A stretch of DNA of 64,000 nucleotides from Longimicrobiales bacterium (lineage in GTDB: Bacteria > Gemmatimonadota > Gemmatimonadetes > Longimicrobiales > Gaopeijiaceae): contig OZ250165.1 of NCBI GenBank assembly GCA_965238005.1, positions 1,760,001 to 1,824,000 on the forward strand. The letters are read 5' to 3'. A model generated the notes under the pieces. The model searched no databases, had not been told where the DNA came from, and saw only the letters and a program-made list of their open reading frames with translations. The translations under genes and the position numbers were made by a program. Below, one piece after another: positions 51,558 through 61,827 of the stretch (position 1 is the stretch's first letter; every line of letters starts with the position of its first letter).

Positions 51558-53171
51558 ATGTCGATGTCCAGTCATGACCAGGGCCCTCGGGGCCCTCAGC
51601 AAAAGGGCGAGGATCAGACCCACTCCGGGCCCGAGCGCAGAGGCATGCACCCGGAGGACGAGAAGCTCATCAGCAAGCCCGTGTCTCGTCAGGACGAGAT
51701 GACGCGTGTGGCCATCGCCGGCTTCCTCGGGCTCTTCTTGGTCACCATGGCCCTCGCACAGTCTCGACACAGCCCGGAGCCCATTCCTGAGCCTCAGATC
51801 ATGCCGGCCGTGGCCGAGCTGCCCCCTCCGCCTCCTCCGGAGATCGCGGAGATGCTGCCCCCTCCACCGCCCGCCGTGGCTCCCATGCCCTCCTCCGGCG
51901 ACAACCGGCTGTACGGCCGGGTCGTGACCACGAGGGGCCGGGAATACGAGGCGTACATCCGCTGGGACAGGAATGAAGGCAGCTGGGCCGACCTCCTGGA
52001 CGCGAACAAGAGGGTTTCGTCGAGGAGCTTCGAGCGTGCCATGCACGACGAGGAGAGGCGCGTAGGAGATGAGGAACGCCGGATGCGTGACGAGGCGCGA
52101 CGGGACCGAGACGTGGAGCGACGGGACCGAGACGTGGAGCGTTACAGCCGGTTGGGGCGGGACCGTCATGACCGCCACATCGAGGTGCGCGGCGTCCGGA
52201 TCTCTTGGAGGGACAACGACCTCTCCAGCAGCGTCTCGTCGGGAATTCGCTTCGGGCACATCCGCCGGATCGAGCCCCTGAACAGTCGCTCGGCCATTGT
52301 CTTCCTCAGGTCGGGCGAGGAGGTCCAACTCGACGGGAACGCCACCGACCTGGGATCGGGACTCCGTCGTCTGGTGGTGGTGGACGCGAACTATGGTGAA
52401 GTGGAGCTCCGCTGGCGCGACATTGACGTGGTCGAATTCATGGATGCGCCAACGGGAGACCTCGAGCAGGCCCGGGAGGAGAGCCTCTACGGAACCATGG
52501 TCACCAACTCCGGCATGGAGTTTACCGGGTACGTATCGTGGGACGTGGACGAGATCTTCCACTCGGACATCCTGGACGGTGAAGACCGGGGAATCGATCG
52601 GGAGATCCGTTTCGGGGATGTCTCGGTCATCGCGCGCAACAGCTCGGGGTCGGCACATGTGACCCTGCAGGATGGCGAAGAGCTCGTGCTCCGCGGCACC
52701 AACGACGTGGATTCCAGTAACAACGGGATCTCCATCTCGGATGTCGGGCTCGGACAGGTGAAGGTCGATTGGGACGAGTTCGAGGAGCTGCGCTTCCACG
52801 AGCCCGAGAGCCACATGGGCCGGGACGCGTTTGACGGAGGCCATCGCCTCTACGGCACGGTGACCACCCTCGACGGGGACGAGCTCACCGGCTACCTCCT
52901 TTGGGACAACGACGAGGCGTACAGTTGGGAGATGCTCAACGGAAAGGACGACGACGTGGAGTTCTACGTCGAGTTCGGTCAGATCCAGTCCGTGAGGCAC
53001 AGGTCGCAAAGGGGTGCCACGGTCACGTTGTTGGACGGGCGGACCCTGCAGCTCTCCGACTCGAACGACGTGAACGACGGGAATCGAGGGATCGTCGTCA
53101 CGAACGACGACGGCGACTCGACGCTGGTGAGCTGGGACGACTTCGAAGAGGTGCGCTTCCACAGCCGCTAG
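51558..53171 (+). CDS. Membrane-anchored hypothetical protein with three internal domain repeats
   Basis: TM, Pro-rich linker, three LYG.V.T..G....YI.WD..E repeats. Confidence 0.75.
   Translation: MSMSSHDQGPRGPQQKGEDQTHSGPERRGMHPEDEKLISKPVSRQDEMTRVAIAGFLGLFLVTMALAQSRHSPEPIPEPQIMPAVAELPPPPPPEIAEMLPPPPPAVAPMPSSGDNRLYGRVVTTRGREYEAYIRWDRNEGSWADLLDANKRVSSRSFERAMHDEERRVGDEERRMRDEARRDRDVERRDRDVERYSRLGRDRHDRHIEVRGVRISWRDNDLSSSVSSGIRFGHIRRIEPLNSRSAIVFLRSGEEVQLDGNATDLGSGLRRLVVVDANYGEVELRWRDIDVVEFMDAPTGDLEQAREESLYGTMVTNSGMEFTGYVSWDVDEIFHSDILDGEDRGIDREIRFGDVSVIARNSSGSAHVTLQDGEELVLRGTNDVDSSNNGISISDVGLGQVKVDWDEFEELRFHEPESHMGRDAFDGGHRLYGTVTTLDGDELTGYLLWDNDEAYSWEMLNGKDDDVEFYVEFGQIQSVRHRSQRGATVTLLDGRTLQLSDSNDVNDGNRGIVVTNDDGDSTLVSWDDFEEVRFHSR
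52097..52141 (+). repeat. 21-bp perfect tandem repeat (x2) encoding RRDRDVE
   Basis: GCGACGGGACCGAGACGTGGA twice. Confidence 0.9.
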
Positions 53172-53271
53172 TGTTCCGTTGCCGAAGTTCGCGAGCCACC
53201 AAGAGGGCCGGGGCGCCGTGGGATCAAGGCGGGACGACGCGGCGTAGCGCAAGCGCCTGACAGCTGGCGTG

Positions 53272-53304
53272 AGAGGCTCTCCCGGAGCTCCCGGGAGGGC
53301 CTCT
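53272..53304 (+). terminator. Intergenic hairpin, possible terminator
   Basis: AGAGGCTCTCCCGG-AGCTC-CCGGGAGGGCCTCT; weak U tract. Confidence 0.45.
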
Positions 53305-53396
53305 TCTGGTGGGGGAGGCCTCCGCGTACCCTTTCAGGGTCGCTGCATCCCGGCCAAGTTGACTCCTCGTCTGAGACTCTCCAGGGTCGTCTCGCC

Positions 53397-56000
53397 ATGA
53401 TACGCCACGCACGCCTCTCTTTCTTGATAACCGGATTGGTGGCCCTGACCCTCTGCGGCTGCTCCGGCGCCCGCTCCCCGCTCTTCACGGAGGAGGGGAT
53501 CTCGTGGGACCTGGCCGAGCTCCGTTCGGCGACGCTCGAGGAGGTCCGCTACGACTACCGACTCCGAGTTCCACGGGAGCGCGAGTCGGCCCTGGAGGGG
53601 TCCGTGACCATCGAATTTTTATGGTCAGACGCCGAGCGTACCGACGTGATCCTCGACTTCAAGGACCCACTCGAGCGGGTGACAGCCGTTCGGGCCAATG
53701 GGGTCCCGGTGGATTGGGAGGCCGTCAACGATCACGTGGTGGTACCCGCCAGGGCTCTCGAAGCGGGTTCACGCAACCAGATCGAAGTCGACTTCGCGGC
53801 CGGGGACGAGGCCCTCAACCGCAACAACGCCTTTCTGTACACGCTCTTCGTACCCGATCGGGCTCATTTCTCGTTGCCGCTCTTCGATCAGCCGAACCTG
53901 AAGGGCCGGTTCACCCTCACACTCGACGTCCCGGAGGGGTGGGTGGCCGTGGCCAACGGGAGGGAGACGGCAAGGGAGGAGGCGGCGGGAGGGGAGGGGG
54001 GAGCGACCTACCGTTTCGCGGAGACCGAGCCTATCCCCACGTACCTCTTCGCCTTCGCGGTGGGCGACTTCCGTATCGAGACGGCCGAACGCGCCGGCCG
54101 CACGGTGAGGATGTTCCACAGGGAGACGGATGACGAGAAGGTGGCGCGGAATCGTGAGGCGATCTTCGACCTCCACGAGGTGGCGCTGGAGTGGCTGGAG
54201 GAGTACACGGGCATCCTGTACCCCTTCGGGAAGTTCGACTTCGTACTCATCCCGCCTTTCCAGTACGGCGGCATGGAGCACCCGGGCGGCATCTTCTACC
54301 GCCAGTCCAGCCTGATGCTGGACGAGTCCGCTACGCAGTCCCAGTTCCTGGGGCGGGCCAGCGTCATCGCCCATGAGACCGCTCACATGTGGTTCGGTGA
54401 TCTGGTCACCATGAACTGGTTCGACGACGTCTGGACAAAAGAGGTGTTCGCCAACTTCATGGCGGCGAAGATCGTCCATCCGTCGTTCCCGGAGATCGAT
54501 CACGACCTCCGTTTCTTCCTGGCCCATCACAACACGGCCTACGGCGTCGATCGCACCGACGGCGCCAACTCCATCCGCCAGCCCCTGGAAAACCTGAAGG
54601 GGGCCGGTAGCCTTTACGGGGCAATCATCTACCAGAAGGCTCCCATCGTCATGCGCCAGCTCGAGTTGCTCCTCGGGGAGGAGTCATTTCGTGACGGCAT
54701 GCGCGAGTACCTGAGTGCGTTCAGCTACGGAAACGCGACATGGCCCGAGCTCATCGCCATTCTGGATCGCCGCTCCGAGGCCGACCTGGCGGCGTGGAGC
54801 CAGGTGTGGGTGGAGGAGCCCGGGCGCCCCGTGATCATCACGCAGATCCTGGACGACGGCGAGGGCGGCGTGGACCTGCTCAGGGTCTTCCAGGAAGACC
54901 CTCACGGGCGGAATCGCATCTGGCCTCAGCAACTCGAGGTGCTCCTGGCCTACGACGACGAGACCTTTCGGGTCCCCGTCGATCTCTCGGGCTCCGCGGC
55001 CCCACTGGACGACTGGATCGGTCGTCCACGCCCGAACTTCGTGCTCCCCAACGCCGCGGGGGTGGAGTATGGGCACTTCCATTTGGACTCGCTCAGCCTG
55101 CGGTATCTCATGGAGAACCTCCCCGAGGTGGAGGATCCCCTCATCAGAGGGATCGGGTGGGTGACGCTGTGGGATGCCGTCCTGGAGGGAGAGGTCGAGC
55201 CCACCGCATGGATGGACCTCCTTCTCAGGGGTCTCAGGACGGAGTCCGTGGAGCAGAACGTTCAACGCATCCTGGGATACGTGGGCACGGCTTTCTGGCG
55301 GCTCACAAGCGAGGGGGAACGACGGGAGTTAGCTCCGAGCCTGGAGCGCGTGCTGTGGGTGGGCATCGAATCCGCCTCGGCGCCCACACTTGGAGCGGCC
55401 TATTTCGGGGCCTGGAGACGCATCGTGATCTCCGATGACGGGGTAGAGCGCTTGAGGCGCATCTGGGACGAAGCCATGGAGGTTCCGGGCGTTCCGTTGT
55501 CGGAGCGGGACTTCACGAACCTCGCCGAGGCACTTGCCGTGCGCGACGTGCCCGATGTCGAGGAGATACTCACTCGGCAGGCCGAGCGCATCACGAACCC
55601 CGACCGGAGGGATCGCTTCGCCTTCATCCGCCCGGCTCTGTCCAGCGATCCGGCCGTGCGCGAGGCCTTCTTCGTACAGCTCGACGACCCGGCGAACCGC
55701 GAGCGCGAGCCGTGGGTTCGGTCGGGTCTTGCGGCCTTGCATCACCCGCTCCGTTCCGCCCACTCCCGCCGGTTCATCCTGCCGAGTCTGGCCCTCCTCG
55801 AAGAGATCCAGCGCACGGGAGACATCTTCTTCCCGAAAGGGTGGCTCGACTCCACCTTGGACGGGCACAGCTCGGCCGAGGCGGCTCTCATCGTCCGGAC
55901 CTTCCTGGAAGGACTGGGTCCCGACTACCCGCCGCGGCTGCGGGGAAAGCTCCTTCAGTCCGCCGACATGCTGTTCCGAGCCGCCCGGATGTCGGGCTAG
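53397..56000 (+). CDS. pepN: M1 family aminopeptidase, lipoprotein-type signal
   Basis: GGMEH and HETAH-x18-E zinc motif. Confidence 0.9.
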   Translation: MIRHARLSFLITGLVALTLCGCSGARSPLFTEEGISWDLAELRSATLEEVRYDYRLRVPRERESALEGSVTIEFLWSDAERTDVILDFKDPLERVTAVRANGVPVDWEAVNDHVVVPARALEAGSRNQIEVDFAAGDEALNRNNAFLYTLFVPDRAHFSLPLFDQPNLKGRFTLTLDVPEGWVAVANGRETAREEAAGGEGGATYRFAETEPIPTYLFAFAVGDFRIETAERAGRTVRMFHRETDDEKVARNREAIFDLHEVALEWLEEYTGILYPFGKFDFVLIPPFQYGGMEHPGGIFYRQSSLMLDESATQSQFLGRASVIAHETAHMWFGDLVTMNWFDDVWTKEVFANFMAAKIVHPSFPEIDHDLRFFLAHHNTAYGVDRTDGANSIRQPLENLKGAGSLYGAIIYQKAPIVMRQLELLLGEESFRDGMREYLSAFSYGNATWPELIAILDRRSEADLAAWSQVWVEEPGRPVIITQILDDGEGGVDLLRVFQEDPHGRNRIWPQQLEVLLAYDDETFRVPVDLSGSAAPLDDWIGRPRPNFVLPNAAGVEYGHFHLDSLSLRYLMENLPEVEDPLIRGIGWVTLWDAVLEGEVEPTAWMDLLLRGLRTESVEQNVQRILGYVGTAFWRLTSEGERRELAPSLERVLWVGIESASAPTLGAAYFGAWRRIVISDDGVERLRRIWDEAMEVPGVPLSERDFTNLAEALAVRDVPDVEEILTRQAERITNPDRRDRFAFIRPALSSDPAVREAFFVQLDDPANREREPWVRSGLAALHHPLRSAHSRRFILPSLALLEEIQRTGDIFFPKGWLDSTLDGHSSAEAALIVRTFLEGLGPDYPPRLRGKLLQSADMLFRAARMSG

Positions 56001-56004
56001 GCTT

Positions 56005-56559
56005 CTACAGCTTGGGCAGGGTCACACCGACCTGATCCTGGTACTTCCCGTTCCGATCGACGTAGGCCACGCTCGGCTCCTCATCGCCCTCGAAGAAGAG
56101 GAGCTGAGCGATGCCCTCTCCTCCGTAGATCTTCGCGGGGAGCGGCGTGGTGTTCGAGATCTCCAGGGTGAGATACCCACACCAGGTGGGCTCCAACGGG
56201 GTCACGTTCACGATAATGCCGCACCGTGCGTAGGTGCTCTTTCCCACGCACACCACCAGGACGTCCCGCGGAATCCGGAGGTATTCCTCGGTGCGTGCCA
56301 GCGCGAACGAGTTGGGCGGGATGATGCACTCTTTCTCGTTCACGTCCACGAAGGAGCGGTCGTCGAAATGCTTGGGATCGACGATCACGTTGTGAACGTT
56401 CGTGAAGACCTTGAACTCCGAGGCGACGCGGATGTCGTAGCCGTATGAGGAAAGCCCGAAGGAGATGTTGCCATCCTTTACCTGGTTGGCCTCGAAGGGC
56501 TCGATCATCCCGTGCTCCTCGGCCATCCTGCGGATCCAGTTGTCGCTCTTGATTGGCAT
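56005..56559 (-). CDS. dcd: dCTP deaminase
   Basis: [31 protein letters not shown]. Confidence 0.95.
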   Translation of the reverse strand: MPIKSDNWIRRMAEEHGMIEPFEANQVKDGNISFGLSSYGYDIRVASEFKVFTNVHNVIVDPKHFDDRSFVDVNEKECIIPPNSFALARTEEYLRIPRDVLVVCVGKSTYARCGIIVNVTPLEPTWCGYLTLEISNTTPLPAKIYGGEGIAQLLFFEGDEEPSVAYVDRNGKYQDQVGVTLPKL

Positions 56560-56719
56560 GTCGGCGTGGCTCGGAGGGTTTCGAGTAAGACTCGGCTCTG
56601 ACGCGAGAACAAGGCCTCGGAAAGTGGGAACGGACCCCTCTTCCCAGGGTACCGGGCGCTCAAAATACGACCGCTTGGGACAGTACTGCAAACGGGCTTC
56701 CAAGGGCCCCAGGCGCGGC

Positions 56720-56749
56720 TTGACACTTCTTCGAGCCTCGGAATACCTT
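56720..56749 (+). promoter_or_regulatory. Putative sigma70 promoter of nuo operon
   Basis: TTGACA-18 nt-TACCTT, 50 nt upstream of nuoA. Confidence 0.6.
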
Positions 56750-56761
56750 TTGTCGTCCAAC

Positions 56762-56779
56762 AAGTGAACGATTTCACAA
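56762..56779. promoter_or_regulatory. Rex-like operator
   Basis: AAGTGAA-CGAT-TTCACAA versus Rex consensus TTGTGAA-N4-TTCACAA. Confidence 0.6.
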
Positions 56780-56798
56780 GCCACCTCAAAAGGCTGCC

Positions 56799-57155
56799 AT
56801 GTCGGGATCATACATCCCGCTGTTGATCCTCTTCGGCGTGTCGGTCATCAACGCGCTCGGAATGGGCATTGCCTCCCACGTTCTCAACCCCAGGCGACCC
56901 ACTCCACACAAGGAGATGCCCTACGAGTCGGGTATGATTCCGCTTGGCGACACCCGGGTGCGTTTTTCCGTCAAGTTCTACCTCGTGGCCATCAGCTTCA
57001 TCGTCTTCGATCTGGAGACCATTTTTCTCATTCCCTGGGCCGTGGAGATGCGGGAGCTCGGCTGGGGGGCATTCGTAGCGGTCAGCATGTTCGTGGCCGT
57101 ACTGGCAGTGGGGCTTATCTACGAGTGGAAGAAGGGAGGACTCGAATGGGACTGA
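56799..57155 (+). CDS. nuoA: NADH-quinone oxidoreductase subunit A
   Basis: [22 protein letters not shown]. Confidence 0.96.
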   Translation: MSGSYIPLLILFGVSVINALGMGIASHVLNPRRPTPHKEMPYESGMIPLGDTRVRFSVKFYLVAISFIVFDLETIFLIPWAVEMRELGWGAFVAVSMFVAVLAVGLIYEWKKGGLEWD

Positions 57156-57865
57156 ACGAGGGCGATATCAGGGGCACGCCGAGCGTGGCGGACGCCCAGG
57201 CGATGGGCCACACGGGTGGCCACAGGGGGGGGCTCATGGGTGCCGGTGGCCCTACGTTCCTCACCACAAAGGTCGACTTCGTCGTGAATTGGGCCCGCAG
57301 GAACTCCTTGTGGCCCATGCCCTTCGGAACGGCCTGTTGTGCCATCGAGATGATGGCTTCCGCCGCCTCCCACTTCGATCTGGCCCGCTTCGGCATGGAG
57401 CGAATGGCGTTCAGCCCGCGCCAGGCCGACGTTCTCATCTGCGCCGGCCGGGTTCCGTACAAGCTCGCACCCGTTCTCCGGCGGATCTACGACCAGATGA
57501 TGCAGCCCAAGTGGGTCGTCTCAATGGGCGCCTGCGCCAGCTCGGGCGGCGTGTTCGACGTCTACTCGATGGTGCAGGGAATCGACACCGTCGTTCCCGT
57601 CGACGTCTACGTGCCCGGATGTCCTCCCCGTCCCGAGGGCCTCATCTACGGCCTCATGATGATCCAGGAGAAGATCCGAGGAGAAACTCTCGCGGAGCAT
57701 CACAACCTGAGGGCGGAGGATCCTGATCGGGTCGGATTCCCAGAGGTGAGCGCCGAAGAAGTCACGGCCCTGTCCGGTCCGTTCGGAAACTCCACCCAGC
57801 AGGAGCGCCTCGCCGGCCTGGCCCAGACCAAGCGTCCGGACCGGTCCGAGGATCTGCTTCCGTAG
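57146..57865 (+). CDS. nuoB: NADH-quinone oxidoreductase subunit B
   Basis: [23 protein letters not shown]. Confidence 0.96.
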   Translation: MGLNEGDIRGTPSVADAQAMGHTGGHRGGLMGAGGPTFLTTKVDFVVNWARRNSLWPMPFGTACCAIEMMASAASHFDLARFGMERMAFSPRQADVLICAGRVPYKLAPVLRRIYDQMMQPKWVVSMGACASSGGVFDVYSMVQGIDTVVPVDVYVPGCPPRPEGLIYGLMMIQEKIRGETLAEHHNLRAEDPDRVGFPEVSAEEVTALSGPFGNSTQQERLAGLAQTKRPDRSEDLLP

Positions 57866-57876
57866 GCGGGCTGGGC

Positions 57877-58578
57877 ATGGCAGAAGACAACGGCCCCACG
57901 TTCGACGTGGTGGAGGAGGGGCCGGAGGCTTCCGATGGTCCCGTCGAGACTCTACGGGGCACGGCCGATCAGGCCCTGGAGCACCCCTCCGTCACCGCTT
58001 TGAAGGACCGCTTCGGCGAAGCCGTTCTTCACCACGAAGTGCAGGCGGGTGACCAGCACGTCGTTTTCATCGAGCCCACGCAAAACGCCGAGATTCTGGG
58101 CTGGCTGAAGGACGATGCGGACCACGATTACGATCTGCTCGTGGATGTCACCGCCGTCGACTACGGTGGAGGACGACCCATACAGGTGGTCTACCAGCTC
58201 TGGTCCGTGACTCATCGACGGGCCCTCAGGGTCAAGTGCGAGCTGGAGCTCGAGAGGCTGGCCATCGAGACGGTGACGTCGCTCTGGCACTCGGCCGATT
58301 GGCTCGAGCGAGAGGTCTACGACCTGTTCGGCGTGGACTTCACGGGACACCCCGACCTTCGACGGATCATGATGCCGCAGAACTATGCCGAGGGGCATCC
58401 CCTCCGGAAGGATTTCCCGCTCCGGGGGCGCTTCTCGCGGGCCGAGCAGACGAAGCGTGCCCTCTCCCAGGACTACCACGACTACTACACGGAGGAAATG
58501 CTGGAGATGGGCGGCGCCCCGGGCCTCCTTCCGCCGGAGCCGGACGAGCCGGACGCAGACGTGGAGGACGCTCCGTGA
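57877..58578 (+). CDS. nuoC: NADH-quinone oxidoreductase subunit C
   Basis: EREVYDLFG, GHPLRKDFP. Confidence 0.96.
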   Translation: MAEDNGPTFDVVEEGPEASDGPVETLRGTADQALEHPSVTALKDRFGEAVLHHEVQAGDQHVVFIEPTQNAEILGWLKDDADHDYDLLVDVTAVDYGGGRPIQVVYQLWSVTHRRALRVKCELELERLAIETVTSLWHSADWLEREVYDLFGVDFTGHPDLRRIMMPQNYAEGHPLRKDFPLRGRFSRAEQTKRALSQDYHDYYTEEMLEMGGAPGLLPPEPDEPDADVEDAP

Positions 58579-59774
58579 TCCCCAACTCGTCCGTGGAGCC
58601 CATTATCGGCTCGGAGCACATGCTCATCAACATCGGGCCCCAGCACCCTGCGACGCATGGAGTGCTTCGCTTAATCTGCGAGCTCGACGGCGAGACGGTT
58701 CTCCGGATCATGCCCGACATCGGCTTCCTGCACTCGTCCTTCGAGAAGCTCGGTGAGTACCGGACCTGGAACCAGATCGTCCCCCTGACGGACCGGATAG
58801 ACTACCTGGCGCCGCTCATCTACAACTGCGTCTATGTCATGGCCGTCGAGAAGCTCATGGGCCTCGAGGTCACGGAGCGCTGCAAGGTCGTACGGGTCAT
58901 CTGTATGGAAATGGACCGGATCTTCAGCCACCTCCTGTGGCTCGGGACCATGGCTATCGACGTGGGGGCGTTCACCCCCTTCCTGTACGCCTTCCAGGAG
59001 CGGGAGCGCATCTACCAACTCCACGAGTCGTTCACGGGCGCGCGCATCACCACGTCGGCCACGCGGATCGGCGGCATGATGGCCGATCTCCCCGACGGCT
59101 GGACCGAGTCGCTCAAGGACTTTCTGGAGACGTTCCCGGACACCCTCGACGAAATCGACTCTCTGCTGACCACGAACGGGATTCACCTCGGGCGGACGCT
59201 CGACGTGGGGGTCATCTCGGGGAAGGACGCCGTCAACCACGGCTTCACCGGTCCCAACCTGAGGGCCTCGGGCGTGCCCTACGATCTCCGCAAGGACCAG
59301 CCGTACTATGACTACGAGACCTACGACTTCGAGGTGCCGATAGGCGAGAACGGCGACTGCTACGACCGCTACCTGGTCCGCATGGAGGAGATGCGCCAGA
59401 CCGTTCGCATCCTGCACCAGGCCCTTGACCGGCTCCCCGACGGTCCCATCAACGTGGACGATCCCCGGGTGTCCCTGCCCAGCAAGACGGACTGCATGAG
59501 CGACATGGAGTCGATGATCCACCACTTCAAGCTGATCACCGAGGGCATCCCCGTGCCGGCGGGGGACTGCTACTTCGCGGTGGAGGGCTCCAAGGGTGAG
59601 CTAGGGATGTACGTGGTGAGCGACGGCGGCGAGAAGCCGGTCCGCTGGAGAATCCGACCCCCGTCCTTCGTCAACCTGTCGGTGATCTCCAAGCTGGCCG
59701 AGGGCCATCTGGTCTCCGACCTGATCATGATCAACGCCAGCCTGGACATCGTTCTGGGCGAAATCGATCGATGA
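58575..59774 (+). CDS. nuoD: NADH-quinone oxidoreductase subunit D
   Basis: GPQHPATHGVLRL, DRIDY, GEIDR. Confidence 0.96.
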   Translation: MIPNSSVEPIIGSEHMLINIGPQHPATHGVLRLICELDGETVLRIMPDIGFLHSSFEKLGEYRTWNQIVPLTDRIDYLAPLIYNCVYVMAVEKLMGLEVTERCKVVRVICMEMDRIFSHLLWLGTMAIDVGAFTPFLYAFQERERIYQLHESFTGARITTSATRIGGMMADLPDGWTESLKDFLETFPDTLDEIDSLLTTNGIHLGRTLDVGVISGKDAVNHGFTGPNLRASGVPYDLRKDQPYYDYETYDFEVPIGENGDCYDRYLVRMEEMRQTVRILHQALDRLPDGPINVDDPRVSLPSKTDCMSDMESMIHHFKLITEGIPVPAGDCYFAVEGSKGELGMYVVSDGGEKPVRWRIRPPSFVNLSVISKLAEGHLVSDLIMINASLDIVLGEIDR

Positions 59775-60466
59775 GTGAGATTCCCTTCAGGAACCCCGGC
59801 TGGGCCGGAAACACCGGGGAGTACGACCTCACGGAAGAACAGGTCCGTGGGCTCGACTTCGTGGGTGTGCGCGCACTGGAGGGTGGCCATCCCGCGGGCG
59901 CCTCGAGCTATCCGTACATGCTCGAGGAGAAGGACCCGGACGCGCCTCTCTTCGAGGGTCCGTATCAAGAGCGCTTCGAGAAGATCCTGACGCGCTACCC
60001 GGACCAGCGAGCCGCGCTGATTCCGGCCTTGAATCTGGCCCAAGAGGTACGCGGTCACATCTCTCCCGAAACGATGGATCGGGTCGCCGAGCTGCTCGGC
60101 CTGTCGGCGGCCTATGTCCGGGGCGTGGCCACGTTCTATACCATGTACAACAAGCGGCCCGTGGGGCGGTACCTGATCCAGGTCTGTACCAACATCAGCT
60201 GCAACCTGTGTGGCGGCGAAGACGTCCTGGAGGCCTTCCTCAGGTACACCGACACCGAACTGGGCGCAACGTCCGCCGACGGGGCGTTCACGACCATCGA
60301 GGCGGAGTGCTTGGCGGGTTGCGGCTTTCCCACCTGCGTGCAGATCAACTCCAGGTACTTCGAGAACGTGACGCCCGGTGAAGTGCCTAAGATCCTCGAG
60401 CAACTGAAGAGCGATAACGGTGGCGCTCCCAACGCGGCTCGCCCCACTTCCTCAACAGGCCTCTAG
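59771..60466 (+). CDS. nuoE: NADH-quinone oxidoreductase subunit E
   Basis: VATFYTMY, CTNISC...CLAGC. Confidence 0.95.
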   Translation: MSEIPFRNPGWAGNTGEYDLTEEQVRGLDFVGVRALEGGHPAGASSYPYMLEEKDPDAPLFEGPYQERFEKILTRYPDQRAALIPALNLAQEVRGHISPETMDRVAELLGLSAAYVRGVATFYTMYNKRPVGRYLIQVCTNISCNLCGGEDVLEAFLRYTDTELGATSADGAFTTIEAECLAGCGFPTCVQINSRYFENVTPGEVPKILEQLKSDNGGAPNAARPTSSTGL

Positions 60467-60468
60467 GC

Positions 60469-61761
60469 ATGGGCTACCCGTACAGTCATGACAAGGAAGT
60501 CCCGATCCTCTCCAAGTACTTCGGTGATCCGGAAGCCCGGACGCTGGAGGGCTGGAAGGCCAGGGGCGGATACCAGGCCCTGAAGAAGGCCCTGGACATG
60601 AGTCCCGAGGACGTCGTGGAGACCGTGAAAGACTCGGGACTCCGAGGCCGGGGAGGGGCAGGGTTCCCCACGGGTCTCAAGTGGAGCTTCATGCCCAAGG
60701 ACAAGTCCAGGGCCCACTACCTGTTGTGCAACGCAGACGAGTCGGAGCCCGGGACCTTCAAGGATCGCGAGCTCATGCGCTGGGTGCCTCACCTGGTCAT
60801 CGAGGGATGCGTCATCGGAGCCTACGCCATGGGCGCCGAGCACGTCTACATCTACTGCAGAGGCGAGTTCTTCGAAGCCAACCAGGTCCTCGCCCGTGCC
60901 GTCGAGGACGCGTACGAGGCCGGAATCCTCGGCGACGACGTCATGGGCTCGGGCCAGAAGATCGACCTGACCGTGTACGTCGGTGCAGGGGCCTACATTT
61001 GCGGAGAAGAAACGGGCCTCATGAACTCCCTGGAGGGACGTCGGGGGGAGCCGCGGGTGAAGCCACCCTTCCCGGCGGCTGTGGGCGTTTTCGGGATGCC
61101 CACCACCATCAACAACGTGGAGACCCTTTGCGCCATCCCCTCCATCGTCGAGAACGGCGGTGAGTGGTACAGACAGTGGGGCACGGAGGAGAGCTCCGGC
61201 ACCAAGCTCTTCTGCGTGAGCGGCCACGTGAACCGACCGGGTAACTACGAGTTGCCTCTGGGATTCCCGTTGTACGAGCTCATCTACGACGTTTGCGGTG
61301 GAATCCCCGAGGGCCGGGCCCTTAAGGCGGTGATACCCGGTGGAAGCTCCGTCCCGCTCCTCTCGGCGGAGGAGTGCGAGACGTGCGAGCTCTCCTACGA
61401 GGGTGTGGTGGAGTCCGGCTCGATGCTCGGCTGTGCGTCGGTCATCGTGATGGACGAATCCACCGACATCGTCCACCAGGTCATGCGCATGGCGTCGTTC
61501 TACGCCCACGAATCCTGCGGCCAATGCACTCCCTGCCGCGAAGGCACCACCTGGGTCACCAAAATCCTCCGGCGCATCGAGGACGGCCGCGGCACCGAGG
61601 AGGACCTGGACACCCTCATCGAGCTCACGGACCAGATGACCGGCACGACCATCTGCGTGCTCTCGGACTCGGTGGCGGCTCCGGTCCAGTCCTCCATAGC
61701 GAAGTTCAAAGACGAGTATCTGGCGCTGATCCGCCGCGGGGAGAGAGTCGGGGTCGCGTAG
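60469..61761 (+). CDS. nuoF: NADH-quinone oxidoreductase subunit F
   Basis: GRGGAGFPTG, GAGAYICGEET, SCGQCTPCREG. Confidence 0.97.
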   Translation: MGYPYSHDKEVPILSKYFGDPEARTLEGWKARGGYQALKKALDMSPEDVVETVKDSGLRGRGGAGFPTGLKWSFMPKDKSRAHYLLCNADESEPGTFKDRELMRWVPHLVIEGCVIGAYAMGAEHVYIYCRGEFFEANQVLARAVEDAYEAGILGDDVMGSGQKIDLTVYVGAGAYICGEETGLMNSLEGRRGEPRVKPPFPAAVGVFGMPTTINNVETLCAIPSIVENGGEWYRQWGTEESSGTKLFCVSGHVNRPGNYELPLGFPLYELIYDVCGGIPEGRALKAVIPGGSSVPLLSAEECETCELSYEGVVESGSMLGCASVIVMDESTDIVHQVMRMASFYAHESCGQCTPCREGTTWVTKILRRIEDGRGTEEDLDTLIELTDQMTGTTICVLSDSVAAPVQSSIAKFKDEYLALIRRGERVGVA

Positions 61762-61827
61762 TGTTCCCTTACGGATGCACCGTGCCCTCGACTGGCCGAG
61801 ACACTTTGGTAACGGGACACTAAGGTC

